Source: Vibrio alginolyticus NBRC 15630 = ATCC 17749 (GTDB taxonomy: Bacteria > Pseudomonadota > Gammaproteobacteria > Enterobacterales > Vibrionaceae). Taken from it: 32,000 nucleotides of DNA. Of the stretch, positions 7,813 to 15,895 are shown in pieces; the first letter of the stretch is position 1, and each line of letters begins with the position of its first letter. The stretch lies in the NCBI RefSeq assembly GCF_000354175.2, contig NC_022349.1, positions 840,001 through 872,000 on the forward strand, written 5' to 3'. Under the pieces are notes generated by a model. The model searched no databases. It worked only from the letters and a program-made list of their open reading frames with translations, and was not told where the DNA came from. A program made the translations under genes and the position numbers.

Positions 7813-8448
7813 CTAAGATAAATCTAACTTGTGACTGTGAGTCATGATGTTTTTCACCATCGCATTTTTTTGGATCATGAAGCTAAGTTCATCACGAACC
7901 ATGTCCAGTGTTGATGCCATATCAGGTAACGACTTCAACTCTGCCCAGCAATGCCATAAGGCTTGTTCTTTCTGGGCACCCAGTGGAAAATGCTGCGCTA
8001 GCATTGCTTTTAGTGCTGTTTTATCAGCAGGTGGTTCGGCAATAAGCTGTCCCGAAAAACTCCCTAGTAACTCCTGCTTCAACACCTTTAACAAATCAGA
8101 TTGTGGCTGCTCGTTGCCTTTTGCACTCTTCGCCTCATGAAAGGCGTACCACATTGCCTCTCGTTTAACTTGAGGGTCGGAAAACGCTTCATTTAACGAT
8201 GATAAGACACTTTGTTTACTGACAACCTCTGCGTCTTTTAATGATTCGTACCACGCTTTAATCTCCGCCAGTTTCGCTTCTGTTTTCTCTAGCGTCTCTT
8301 TTGGAGAAACATGTGAAACTTGCTCTTGCTTGTCACTTCGCTCCATGAGTGCTTTCATCTTGTCTTCATCGCTCCGCTCATAATGGCGCGACTCCGACTG
8401 ACGCAAAGATTGGTGTTGAAGACTTAGGTTGCTTGAATCAATGATCAT
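7813..8448 (-). CDS. vscH: YscH/YopR-like T3SS protein
   Basis: 211 aa, hydrophilic, in the G-H-I position of the Ysc order. Overlaps the vscG stop by 4 nt (ATGA). Assigned by synteny only. Confidence 0.55.
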   Translation of the reverse strand: MIIDSSNLSLQHQSLRQSESRHYERSDEDKMKALMERSDKQEQVSHVSPKETLEKTEAKLAEIKAWYESLKDAEVVSKQSVLSSLNEAFSDPQVKREAMWYAFHEAKSAKGNEQPQSDLLKVLKQELLGSFSGQLIAEPPADKTALKAMLAQHFPLGAQKEQALWHCWAELKSLPDMASTLDMVRDELSFMIQKNAMVKNIMTHSHKLDLS

Positions 8449-8804
8449 CCAAGATTCCTAATGTCCTGAGAAAAGCTCGCAGCAAATGCTTGGCTTTCTT
8501 CGCTTCCTTGTGACGCAAGTTCTACCCAGCTTTCCGCTTTGCTCAGTAAACCGGCTTTGGCAGAAGCAAGAGCCGCTAAGCTGATCAGATCTGGATAGGC
8601 GTTACAAAGTGGTTCGAGTAATTGATGAGCCTCTTCATACAAGCCTTTATTCATGAGGCTCATTGCACGAATCATCGCAACGGTCTCTTCAGAACCTGAG
8701 CTTGCTTCAAGGCCATCTGCAATGGTGTTGGCTTCTTGATGACGATGCATACCTGTTGCCATCAGCGCGATTTCAGCCAGCAGTTGGCGCGTTTCTCGTT
8801 CCAT
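8445..8804 (-). CDS. vscG: TPR-like needle-subunit chaperone YscG/PscG family
   Basis: N-terminus ...[25 protein letters not shown] matches my recollection of Yersinia YscG ([25 protein letters not shown]). 119 aa. Directly precedes vscH and follows vscF. Confidence 0.85.
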   Translation of the reverse strand: MERETRQLLAEIALMATGMHRHQEANTIADGLEASSGSEETVAMIRAMSLMNKGLYEEAHQLLEPLCNAYPDLISLAALASAKAGLLSKAESWVELASQGSEESQAFAASFSQDIRNLG

Positions 8805-8807
8805 GCT

Positions 8808-9056
8808 TTACACCTTCTGGAGAATCGACTGCATCACATCTTTAATCGCACGAGTGGTGGTCGCATTGATATTGTAAACAACAGACCATTTGTTGATCGC
8901 GTGCTGAAGCTCGGCAAGCTTTGATGGATCATCGGCATTGGTTTCTAGGTTCTTGATGGCTGCCGTCACTTCTGTGTTGGCATCTTTCGCTTGTTGTTCT
9001 AACTTAGCTTTAACATCATCAAGGTTTACACTGTTACTAGCATCGTAAAATGACAT
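8808..9056 (-). CDS. vscF: T3SS needle filament subunit SctF (YscF/PscF family)
   Basis: 82 aa with a helix-turn-helix layout. Contains DDPSKLAELQHAINKWSVVYNINATTTRAIKDVMQSILQKV, typical of needle subunits. Confidence 0.9.
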   Translation of the reverse strand: MSFYDASNSVNLDDVKAKLEQQAKDANTEVTAAIKNLETNADDPSKLAELQHAINKWSVVYNINATTTRAIKDVMQSILQKV

Positions 9057-9074
9057 AAGACTTCCTCGTATTTT

Positions 9075-9278
9075 TTAGTTAGCTTCGTATGATTCAACGA
9101 CCGCATAGGCGGCTGTGTAAGCTTCATACTGTTTGAGTAGCAATTGGTACTGCTGTGGTGAGCACCCTAAATCCAACTGACGTTTCACCACCGCTTGTGC
9201 TTCTAAGAGCTTGCTCTTAATCTTGTGCACTTCCGCACCGTTTGTGTCGTTATTTAAAATTTGTTCAAGATTTGTCAT
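9075..9278 (-). CDS. vscE: Needle-subunit co-chaperone YscE/PscE family (about 67 aa)
   Basis: The track ORF 9075-9302 starts at TTG. From the ATG at 9278, MTNLEQILNN...LDLGCSPQQYQLLLKQ resembles PscE (...GACPEHFQFLQQQ, from memory). Position is between sctD and sctF. Overlaps the vscD 3' end by 14 nt. Confidence 0.65.
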   Translation of the reverse strand: MTNLEQILNNDTNGAEVHKIKSKLLEAQAVVKRQLDLGCSPQQYQLLLKQYEAYTAAYAVVESYEAN

Positions 9279-10566
9279 TGTTCGTCTCGCCTTCATATCC
9301 AAGTTCTATTGTTATCACCCGCCCGCCTTTAACCAACTCAATACCAGCAGGTGTAACACTGGATATTCGGTAGCCCTGAGGCGTTCTTGCACCGACCATA
9401 TAGCGAACGTTATCGGTCAGAATCACATATGGAACCTGGCCAAAGTTAACGCTACGAAACGGGAAATCGATGTTGGTGCCTTTACTCACCTTAGGTATGG
9501 ATTTCAAAACTAAGTACGGTTTCTCACCATATTGTTCCCGGAAGTCTCGGGTCACACCGTAAAATCGAGTCGTTTCGATATCATCAAGCTCACCACGAAC
9601 TTCGATGCGATCACCGCTGGTGACCAACTGGACTTTTTTCAGTAGCTCCGCATCCGTCAATAACGCTTTTAGCGTATCCATGTAGGCACCCGCTCGCTGC
9701 AGTTCGACCTTCCACGCAACAAGACCAGGCACGTCTCGCTCCAAGATTTGTTCAACTTGGTTCCAACGACTGGCATCATCGATATAGCCCGTCAGCAGCA
9801 GTGTGCCGGTCTCATCGCCATTTTCGACTTTCACTTGGTGATAGCCGAGGTTGCGCAAAATAAATCGAACCCCGCGACGGATTTCTTCCATCGTTCTTAA
9901 GTCACTTTTGTAATTGATGCCCAATACATCAATTCGACCAAGCAGATCGAGTTTCTGTGTTCGGTCTTCAACATAGCCCTCTAAGACTGCTTGGCGTGCG
10001 GCGGCATTCCATTCCACGCGAACGTCGCTAAGTTTGAGCTCGCCTAAGATGTTACGTACCAAAACAATGGGTTCTGCTTCTGTAACAATTTCATTGTTGT
10101 TTCCGTTAGCTTGGCTGTACCACATACCGGCAAAAATGACACTCGGGACAAAACTACAAAGCAAAGCGATGAGCGTTGTTTTTTTCCAGCTAGAGCGTTG
10201 CACAGCAACCACAGGTGTATTCTGTTGGCTAGATTCGTCGCTGACGTTACTCACAATTAACGCATCTTCCGCGTATCCCAGAGCGAACTTCACAACGCCG
10301 ACCGAGACAACAGCATGGCGTGACAACTCGATACCATCACCTGCAACAGCGATGTCTTCACTGTTAATATTTGCCTCTTCGCAACCTCGTAAAATGACCG
10401 AGTCTTGCTGGCAAACGAGGGTGAAATGGTTCGCTTCGACCCCAGCATCAGACAGTACAAGATCAGCAATAAAGTCGTCACTGCCAAGCACGAGAGCACC
10501 TTCAGGTAAGGTGACTTCTACTCCGGTATGCACGCCTGATAAAATACGAATTTTCCATTGCTGCAT
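9265..10566 (-). CDS. vscD: T3SS inner-membrane ring protein SctD (YscD/PscD family) with N-terminal FHA-like domain
   Basis: From the ATG at 10566: MQQWKIRILSGVHTGVEVTLPEG, matching the YscD/PscD N-terminus. One central TM segment (LIALLCSFVPSVIFAGMWY). The track extension to 10599 overlaps the vscC coding end and is unlikely. Confidence 0.85.
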   Translation of the reverse strand: MQQWKIRILSGVHTGVEVTLPEGALVLGSDDFIADLVLSDAGVEANHFTLVCQQDSVILRGCEEANINSEDIAVAGDGIELSRHAVVSVGVVKFALGYAEDALIVSNVSDESSQQNTPVVAVQRSSWKKTTLIALLCSFVPSVIFAGMWYSQANGNNNEIVTEAEPIVLVRNILGELKLSDVRVEWNAAARQAVLEGYVEDRTQKLDLLGRIDVLGINYKSDLRTMEEIRRGVRFILRNLGYHQVKVENGDETGTLLLTGYIDDASRWNQVEQILERDVPGLVAWKVELQRAGAYMDTLKALLTDAELLKKVQLVTSGDRIEVRGELDDIETTRFYGVTRDFREQYGEKPYLVLKSIPKVSKGTNIDFPFRSVNFGQVPYVILTDNVRYMVGARTPQGYRISSVTPAGIELVKGGRVITIELGYEGETNNDKS

Positions 10567-10571
10567 CGCGG

Positions 10572-12446
10572 TTAAGACTCCTCTGAAGGGCGCACACACT
10601 CACTTTGTGAGTCATCACATTCCAATACTTTCACCCGCCAACCCTTTTGCCCTGTTGGTAATCGGCACTGCGTTAATTGAGACGACTTTTGCTGTGACAA
10701 TAAGTCTTGTTGATAGCGCTCGGCTTGAACCCTCGATGTGCAGCTATATACTTCCACTACCGATTTAAATTCAGCGCTATTGTTGGAGATGTTGTTAAGC
10801 TTGCCGATACTTGGTCGCAAGTCATATTCGTTGCCAATCAACACACTATCGCCAATACCATCCACAACAATTCGAGGTTCTAAAATAAACATTCGTACTG
10901 TGCGGCGCTTAGTATTGGTATTACTTCTAAACAGCGCGCCTAAATATGGGATGTCTCCTAGCAATGGCACTTTACGTAACTGATGGCTCACTTCATCTCG
11001 GTATACACCACCGATAAGTAAGCTTTGCCCTTGTTTAACCGTCGCTAAGGTGCTGATTTCAGTTTTACGAACGGAAGGAAGGTCATCGACGCCACCATCA
11101 GCGATCTTTGCACCGTCTTCGAGATGAAGGCTCAGGTTAATTTCAGGTCGTGCAGCAAATCTATCACCAACGATACGTGGGACAATTCTCAGTAACGTGC
11201 CATACGTGACCTCTTCCAGCGCTGCGGTTTCTTTACCAACCAGCTTGACGTAAAACGTGCTGCTGTTGTTCAGTACCGCTTCGACATTTTCCTGAGTTAA
11301 CAATGTTGGTCTTGAAACCACTTGAGCACTGCCTTTGGATTCCAATAAACGAATTTGAGCCAGCAAGTAATTTAGGTTGGTTGAATCAAGCAAGGACTTA
11401 AAGTTCTGTCCACTGCCGAGCGTCACATCCCCCGAATTCACATCACCTGTTGTTTTGATATCGACAATGCGGTTGTTTCCGACAGACACTCCTGCTCGCC
11501 AATCCACGCCTAACTGACTTAAATCGTTGGCACTGATATCGACAATCGATAGCGCGACTTCAATTCTTGATTGCGGCTGGTCTAATTGCGCGACCAGTTT
11601 ACGATAGAGCGGTAATCGTGCTTGAGTATCACGAACGATAATCGCATTAAGGCCCGGCTCTGCTTCAACTGTTGCGCCACCATGAACTGAGGCGGTTTTA
11701 TTACTTTTTACAGGCTTATCTGAACTGGTAACTTCTTTGCTAGACGCACTCGTCACTTGAGTTTGAACACCAGACACGACCCGTTTTAACACCGATGCGA
11801 TGCCAGGGACCGTAATTGTCTGATCTCGATATGCAATTTCTCTATCCGTTGCAGAAGCGTACTTCAAAGGAATTATCTCAACGAATAATTCGTCGGTTGA
11901 ATTCGATTTCTGCAGCAAGCGCGTTTCCAATGCCTCCGCCGTTTGTACCACTAAGTCGACATAACGTGGAGGACCCGCAAGATAGACTAACCCTTTGCTC
12001 TCAGCAGCTCTCCAACCATAACGAGAATCCCAAACGCCGGTGGAAATTAACGTACTGCGTAGCTCTCTAGCCGTAAGTAATTCCAATTGAAGTAAACGTG
12101 AGCGAGTTTCTGTCGCCTTATAGACATGTAAGACGGCTCCATCGAAATACCACATCAAGTTGTACACTTGCGATAAGTAATCGAGGAATTCCGCCGGATC
12201 TTCAGGGGTAAAACGCCCATTCACTCGATCGTTGACTTTGTCACTAACAGAAACCGAGATACGATAATTTGCACCGAAGTTATTCAACAACTCTTTTAAT
12301 GAGTCGTTATCTGCATAGTAGCGGAACGGTTGTTCGGGCCAGTGTAAGTCTGTTGCTTGCGCGTATCCCAAAGGAACAACACTCACTGCGCATAACAATG
12401 CCTTTGTTGCAGCACGCCTAATGTTGGGAAAGATTTTTAGCATCAT
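10572..12446 (-). CDS. vscC: T3SS outer-membrane secretin SctC (YscC/PscC family)
   Basis: Signal peptide MMLKIFPNIRRAATKALLCAVSVVPLGYAQA. C-terminal secretin domain motifs (VPLLGDIPYLGALFRS, RRTVRMFILEPRIV). ATGA overlap with the vscB stop at 12443-12446. The track start 12518 is an upstream extension. Confidence 0.95.
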   Translation of the reverse strand: MMLKIFPNIRRAATKALLCAVSVVPLGYAQATDLHWPEQPFRYYADNDSLKELLNNFGANYRISVSVSDKVNDRVNGRFTPEDPAEFLDYLSQVYNLMWYFDGAVLHVYKATETRSRLLQLELLTARELRSTLISTGVWDSRYGWRAAESKGLVYLAGPPRYVDLVVQTAEALETRLLQKSNSTDELFVEIIPLKYASATDREIAYRDQTITVPGIASVLKRVVSGVQTQVTSASSKEVTSSDKPVKSNKTASVHGGATVEAEPGLNAIIVRDTQARLPLYRKLVAQLDQPQSRIEVALSIVDISANDLSQLGVDWRAGVSVGNNRIVDIKTTGDVNSGDVTLGSGQNFKSLLDSTNLNYLLAQIRLLESKGSAQVVSRPTLLTQENVEAVLNNSSTFYVKLVGKETAALEEVTYGTLLRIVPRIVGDRFAARPEINLSLHLEDGAKIADGGVDDLPSVRKTEISTLATVKQGQSLLIGGVYRDEVSHQLRKVPLLGDIPYLGALFRSNTNTKRRTVRMFILEPRIVVDGIGDSVLIGNEYDLRPSIGKLNNISNNSAEFKSVVEVYSCTSRVQAERYQQDLLSQQKSSQLTQCRLPTGQKGWRVKVLECDDSQSECVRPSEES

Positions 12447-12871
12447 GGTAACCACACTGTATGGTTGATTGTGTGGTTCACGCGTGCTTGTTCCAGTAAT
12501 GCAATGTAACGTTCGCATAAATTGACGTGCTTAGAAAGCAAAGCAGAGAACCGTTCCACCGAACAGTCCTCAACCCTTACTTTACTTTGCAAAATCAATT
12601 GCTGATCATCATTGGTTGTCAGTACGCCGCCATCCTCACGAATGGTTTTTAATGAGAGCTGCATGCAACGTTGTAACGCTTGTTCTTGTTGATAATCTAG
12701 ATGCTCTTTAAACTGGAAGGGTAACGTCGCTTCCCATAAAATCCATGACGCATGTTGCTTGATGGTCAGTGATAACTGGTCAACCTCGATGTTGTAAGAA
12801 CCATTTTCTGAGGCAATAAAATCCCCTACCTTTAGCGCTTCCGCTAAAGATTTCATCATCTTATCTAACAT
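12443..12871 (-). CDS. vscB: YscB-like chaperone (gatekeeper YopN/VopN co-chaperone family)
   Basis: 142 aa, directly upstream of and translationally coupled to sctC, as yscB is in Ysc/Psc clusters. Assigned mainly by synteny. Confidence 0.65.
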   Translation of the reverse strand: MLDKMMKSLAEALKVGDFIASENGSYNIEVDQLSLTIKQHASWILWEATLPFQFKEHLDYQQEQALQRCMQLSLKTIREDGGVLTTNDDQQLILQSKVRVEDCSVERFSALLSKHVNLCERYIALLEQARVNHTINHTVWLP

Positions 12872-12883
12872 TTAACGCCCTAT

Positions 12884-13864
12884 TTAGATCTGGCTGAGGT
12901 GATTGCAAGCCTGGCCGCACTGACCACTTTGAGTATCAAAATAGTAGTGATCGATATCACCAACAGTGTGCATGTTCTTGAACCATTGCCATACTTTCGC
13001 AACCGCATTTTGGTCGTTGTAAACCACATCGCATGCATCCCAAACTTCGTTCAGCTCAGGGGCTTCAAGTCGCACTTCCAAACACCAATTTTTCCAATCA
13101 GAAATAAATTGTTCGGTTGTAGAGGTGTACTCCGCGAACCCTTTCAGCTCGTCTAAAGACGGTTGCCACTTCTCAATTAACAAACGATGACATTCAATCA
13201 CTTGCAACTGTTGTTCGCTTAACGTCCCAAGTTGCTTTTTAAGTTGATGCTGCTGGCTCTTAATAAGATCGAGTTGCTGTTGAACAAAGACGGCACTGGT
13301 GTCTTCCCCTGATAGCTTCGACCAATATTCCTTCTGAATATCGAGTTGATTGATAAGTTGTTCAACTTTAATCGAAGCATGAAGAGCACTTTGATCGACT
13401 TGTCGGTTAATCCACTCGTTGAGTGATAAATGGAAACAAAGCATCAACGTTTTTGGGACAGCCAAATTAAAGCGAAAGCCCAGACGAGAGTTGATGTAGT
13501 CCAGCCTTTGTTCGAACGTTGTGATTGTGCTGCTATCACTGAGCTGCGATCCAATTTCCAAAAATAAACGCATGGCAAACCGGTCTATCGAAGCACCAAG
13601 TTTTTGATACGTTTTAACTAACTGGCTAGCGCATAGGCTATCGACGACATTTCTATCCAACAAGCGTTGAAGTAAAGATAACTGCTCATAATTTATGACG
13701 CCTTCACTCAACAATTGTCGGTGATTGACGTGCACAACATTGAGATCCTGCGTAGGTTTCGAGGCGCTTTCATAACGAGCTCCTCTTTGTAAAACAGTCA
13801 CTTTCCGCTGTGTCACTATGCTGTCTGGAAAAAGCGAACGGCGTCGCCAATGCTGCTTTTTCAT
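12884..13864 (-). CDS. exsD: ExsD-like anti-activator of ExsA
   Basis: 326 aa, helical and Gln/Leu-rich. First gene of the operon, ending 12 nt before vscB, the same position as exsD in the P. aeruginosa and Vibrio exsD-pscB..L operons. GGAG lies 11 nt upstream of the ATG. An ExsA-box promoter lies upstream. Confidence 0.7.
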   Translation of the reverse strand: MKKQHWRRRSLFPDSIVTQRKVTVLQRGARYESASKPTQDLNVVHVNHRQLLSEGVINYEQLSLLQRLLDRNVVDSLCASQLVKTYQKLGASIDRFAMRLFLEIGSQLSDSSTITTFEQRLDYINSRLGFRFNLAVPKTLMLCFHLSLNEWINRQVDQSALHASIKVEQLINQLDIQKEYWSKLSGEDTSAVFVQQQLDLIKSQQHQLKKQLGTLSEQQLQVIECHRLLIEKWQPSLDELKGFAEYTSTTEQFISDWKNWCLEVRLEAPELNEVWDACDVVYNDQNAVAKVWQWFKNMHTVGDIDHYYFDTQSGQCGQACNHLSQI

Positions 13865-13947
13865 TTATGTTCGTCTCCGCACCCCTTTCGAACAATCCAG
13901 AAAGAAAGAGATGTAATAATTTTTAATCGTTCGTTGTTACACGATAC

Positions 13948-13998
13948 ATAATAGAATTTACACTGGTGAGTGACTTTCAAAATTAGTCAGAAAATTTT
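13948..13998 (-). promoter_or_regulatory. Candidate ExsA-dependent promoter of exsD-vscB..L
   Basis: Minus strand AAAAT-TTT-CTGACT-AAT-TTTGAAAG (13998->13974), then exactly 21 nt, then TATTAT (13953->13948). Fits the P. aeruginosa ExsA consensus as I recall it and is near-identical to the exsC site in this window. Confidence 0.6.
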
Positions 13999-14012
13999 AG
14001 TCCCAAGTCATT

Positions 14013-14873
14013 TCATTTCGCGATAGCCACTTGATCGTCTCCCGAACGTACGCGGCTTGGGGTCGTTCCAAAACGACGACGGTAACTCTGCGTAAAGTAA
14101 GACTGACTGGAAAACCCTGCCTCCATCGCCACATCTACGATGCTCATCTTGCTCGTCAACAGCAGTTTATGAGCATGCAGTAGTCGACGCTCACTGATCC
14201 AAGCTCTTGGAGAAATGCCATAGTGCTCATTAAAAAGCTCTTTAAAAGTGGTTAAGCTGGCACCAAACTCCTGCGCGTAGTCTGTCAACTTCCATTCTTT
14301 TAAGTAATGCTGTTCCATAAATCGACGTAACCGTTCCGACGTACGGTTTGTTTGTTGTGACAGCAACGCATACAGTGATTCTCCTCCTTTGCTGTGTAGC
14401 AAGAGAATGAGTAGTTCTTCGTATTTTAGGCACATAATGGCATCAGGGTACGCTTGTTGCTCAAGCGTCTGCATGCTAGAAAGCACTTGTTCAACGAGTA
14501 TGTTCAAACCAAAAGTAAACAAACCAGAACAAACTTTGTCTACCTTAGGCAGCATCATCAAGAGATCACTGTGTTTTTGCAGCAACTGACTAACGAGTTC
14601 ATTGTCGTAGGCAATGATCGACGCTTTGTATGCCCCATCTAGCGGAGAGTACTCTAACAAGTAATCCCCTTGGGATAGAAATACCCCATTTTCTGCAGCA
14701 ACATCGATTGTGCAATCACCTGTTTGAACTCGAAGCTGACCATTGTGAACGACAACAATGTGAGACTGGTCTGAGTGAAATACTTCGTCAGATTTTTCAT
14801 AGCAGGAAAAACTACGAATTTTTCGTGAACTCGAGTCGACCCTTTCTGAGTTTAGTTGGCCTGACACATCCAT
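14013..14873 (-). CDS. exsA: ExsA, AraC-family master activator of T3SS1
   Basis: The C-terminal 100 aa are almost identical to P. aeruginosa ExsA from memory (EWKL.D...EFG..LTTFKELF...YG.SPRAWISERR.L.AH.LLL.S.MSIVD.AMEAGFSSQSYFTQSYRRRFG.TPSR). SD GAAGGG lies 6 nt upstream of the ATG. Confidence 0.95.
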   Translation of the reverse strand: MDVSGQLNSERVDSSSRKIRSFSCYEKSDEVFHSDQSHIVVVHNGQLRVQTGDCTIDVAAENGVFLSQGDYLLEYSPLDGAYKASIIAYDNELVSQLLQKHSDLLMMLPKVDKVCSGLFTFGLNILVEQVLSSMQTLEQQAYPDAIMCLKYEELLILLLHSKGGESLYALLSQQTNRTSERLRRFMEQHYLKEWKLTDYAQEFGASLTTFKELFNEHYGISPRAWISERRLLHAHKLLLTSKMSIVDVAMEAGFSSQSYFTQSYRRRFGTTPSRVRSGDDQVAIAK

Positions 14874-14890
14874 TTTCTACCCTTCATTAT

Positions 14891-14928
14891 TTTGAGTTTC
14901 TCAGTGCAAATGTTGAGAAACTTTCAAA
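14891..14928 (-). promoter_or_regulatory. Leader hairpin / palindrome immediately upstream of the exsA ribosome-binding site
   Basis: Perfect 9-bp arms AGTTTCTCA (14895-14903) / TGAGAAACT (14914-14922). Extended by TTTG/CAAA across a 2-nt bulge. 10-nt loop. On the mRNA the stem ends 5 nt before the SD. Confidence 0.5.
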
Positions 14929-15048
14929 GCACTACTTTGATTGTTGTGATTTCTAAGTACTGCTGTATGAATTAAAGAAGCAAAGAAAAGAGCATAGAAG
15001 TTCTATCACTTACCATACCCCCCGAATAATTAGCGAATAACCCAAGCA

Positions 15049-15068
15049 TTACCTTTACCTAAAGGTAA
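15049..15068. repeat. Perfect inverted repeat TTACCTTTA-CC-TAAAGGTAA in the exsA upstream region
   Basis: Read directly from the sequence; 9-bp arms, 2-bp spacer. Confidence 0.9.
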
Positions 15069-15137
15069 AAGTTTGACTTAGTAAATTTCTGCTGTCCGTC
15101 TTTATTATTTTTATCAGATAGCGTTTATCATTAGCCA

Positions 15138-15168
15138 AAACTTAAATATCATTTGGTTATTTAAGTTT
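15138..15168. repeat. Perfect 10-bp inverted repeat AAACTTAAAT-N11-ATTTAAGTTT (cruciform / operator candidate)
   Basis: Read directly from the sequence. Extends to 12 bp (CC...GG) with a 1-nt bulge. AT-rich arms and spacer. Lies 265-295 nt upstream of the exsA ATG. Confidence 0.9.
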
Positions 15169-15362
15169 GGTTGTTTTGTTATACATTAGAATACAATTAA
15201 ATAGATTTCGGCATCGTTTCGAGAACAAAATTAAATTTCCAAAATCATAAAAATGTATGTTTTATAGCCTAAAACGCCAAGCCAACGTGTTCAAGGAGCG
15301 AGATATAATCATAAAAAATACTGTTTTTGCAACAAGTATGAGTCTAAAAAACAACTGACCCG

Positions 15363-15378
15363 ATGACTTCAAAGTCAT
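15363..15378. repeat. 16-bp palindrome ATGACTT-CA-AAGTCAT
   Basis: Read directly from the sequence. Lies about 105 nt downstream of the lipoprotein gene stop. Followed on the minus strand by GTTGTTTTTTAG about 10 nt later, so it could be a weak terminator or a protein site. Confidence 0.85.
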
Positions 15379-15481
15379 GTAATTAATGTTTATAAAAGAC
15401 AACAAATCTTTCACAAAAGGAAAGATATAGTCTTTATTTTATAAATTAGAAAATTCTAATAAAAATGTAGTACTTAAAATT

Positions 15482-15895
15482 TTATCTGTTTATTTTTGGA
15501 ACAAGAATCAAGTTTTCTTGTTTATTTCCCTCTAAAAATAAATAGTTCTTTTCTTTTTCCGCAACGAGCTCACCGTTTGAATAAAGCTTTCCAATAATCT
15601 TCATTTTTCCTTCACCAGCTTGAATTGGTGCAATTAAAAACGAATACTGCACAGGCAACTGAACGCCTTGGTAGCTCTGAGATGCCGATTTAAAACATTG
15701 ATTATCAATAATTTTACATATCTCCACTTCAAGAGAAGTAATCGAAGGTGGAAAGTAGCCGTCGACAGAAACCCAACCATAGACTGATGCCTGACTCTGT
15801 GTATCAAAGCCATCCACCCCATTGACGGACACAGTCTGACTGCACCCACTCAGTATGAATAACCCAATAAAACCAGCCCATATAGAATTGTTCAT
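15482..15895 (-). CDS. Small outer-membrane lipoprotein, probable T3SS secretin pilotin (YscW/VirG / ExsB family)
   Basis: Signal peptide with lipobox: MNNSIWAGFIGLFILSGC. 137 aa (YscW and ExsB are about 130-140 aa). Predicted beta-rich. Lies directly upstream of exsA on the same strand, as yscW does with lcrF/virF and exsB with exsA. The CDS itself is well supported; the pilotin call is by synteny. Confidence 0.55.
   Translation of the reverse strand: MNNSIWAGFIGLFILSGCSQTVSVNGVDGFDTQSQASVYGWVSVDGYFPPSITSLEVEICKIIDNQCFKSASQSYQGVQLPVQYSFLIAPIQAGEGKMKIIGKLYSNGELVAEKEKNYLFLEGNKQENLILVPKINR

Noticed and set aside
10567-10599. N-terminal extensions of track ORFs for vscD (to 10599), vscC (to 12518), the histidine kinase (to 31648), the TonB receptor (27062 GTG), vecA (1758 TTG) and vscE (9302 TTG)
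   Set aside because: The internal ATG starts give N-termini that match family conventions (signal peptides, the MQQWKIR.. FHA start) and have better SD sequences or ATGA coupling. The extensions overlap upstream genes or use rare start codons.
10034-10768. 244-aa plus-strand ORF spanning the vscD/vscC junction
   Set aside because: It is long, but it lies antisense to two strongly supported genes (an FHA-domain SctD and the secretin). Its translation is Ser/Thr/Ala-rich with no motif. I treat it as a shadow ORF.
14874-14928. Yersinia-style fourU RNA thermometer in front of exsA
   Set aside because: The hairpin does not include the SD (GAAGGG lies 5 nt downstream of the stem), and I found no U-tract positioned to pair with it. 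I kept it only as a generic leader hairpin.
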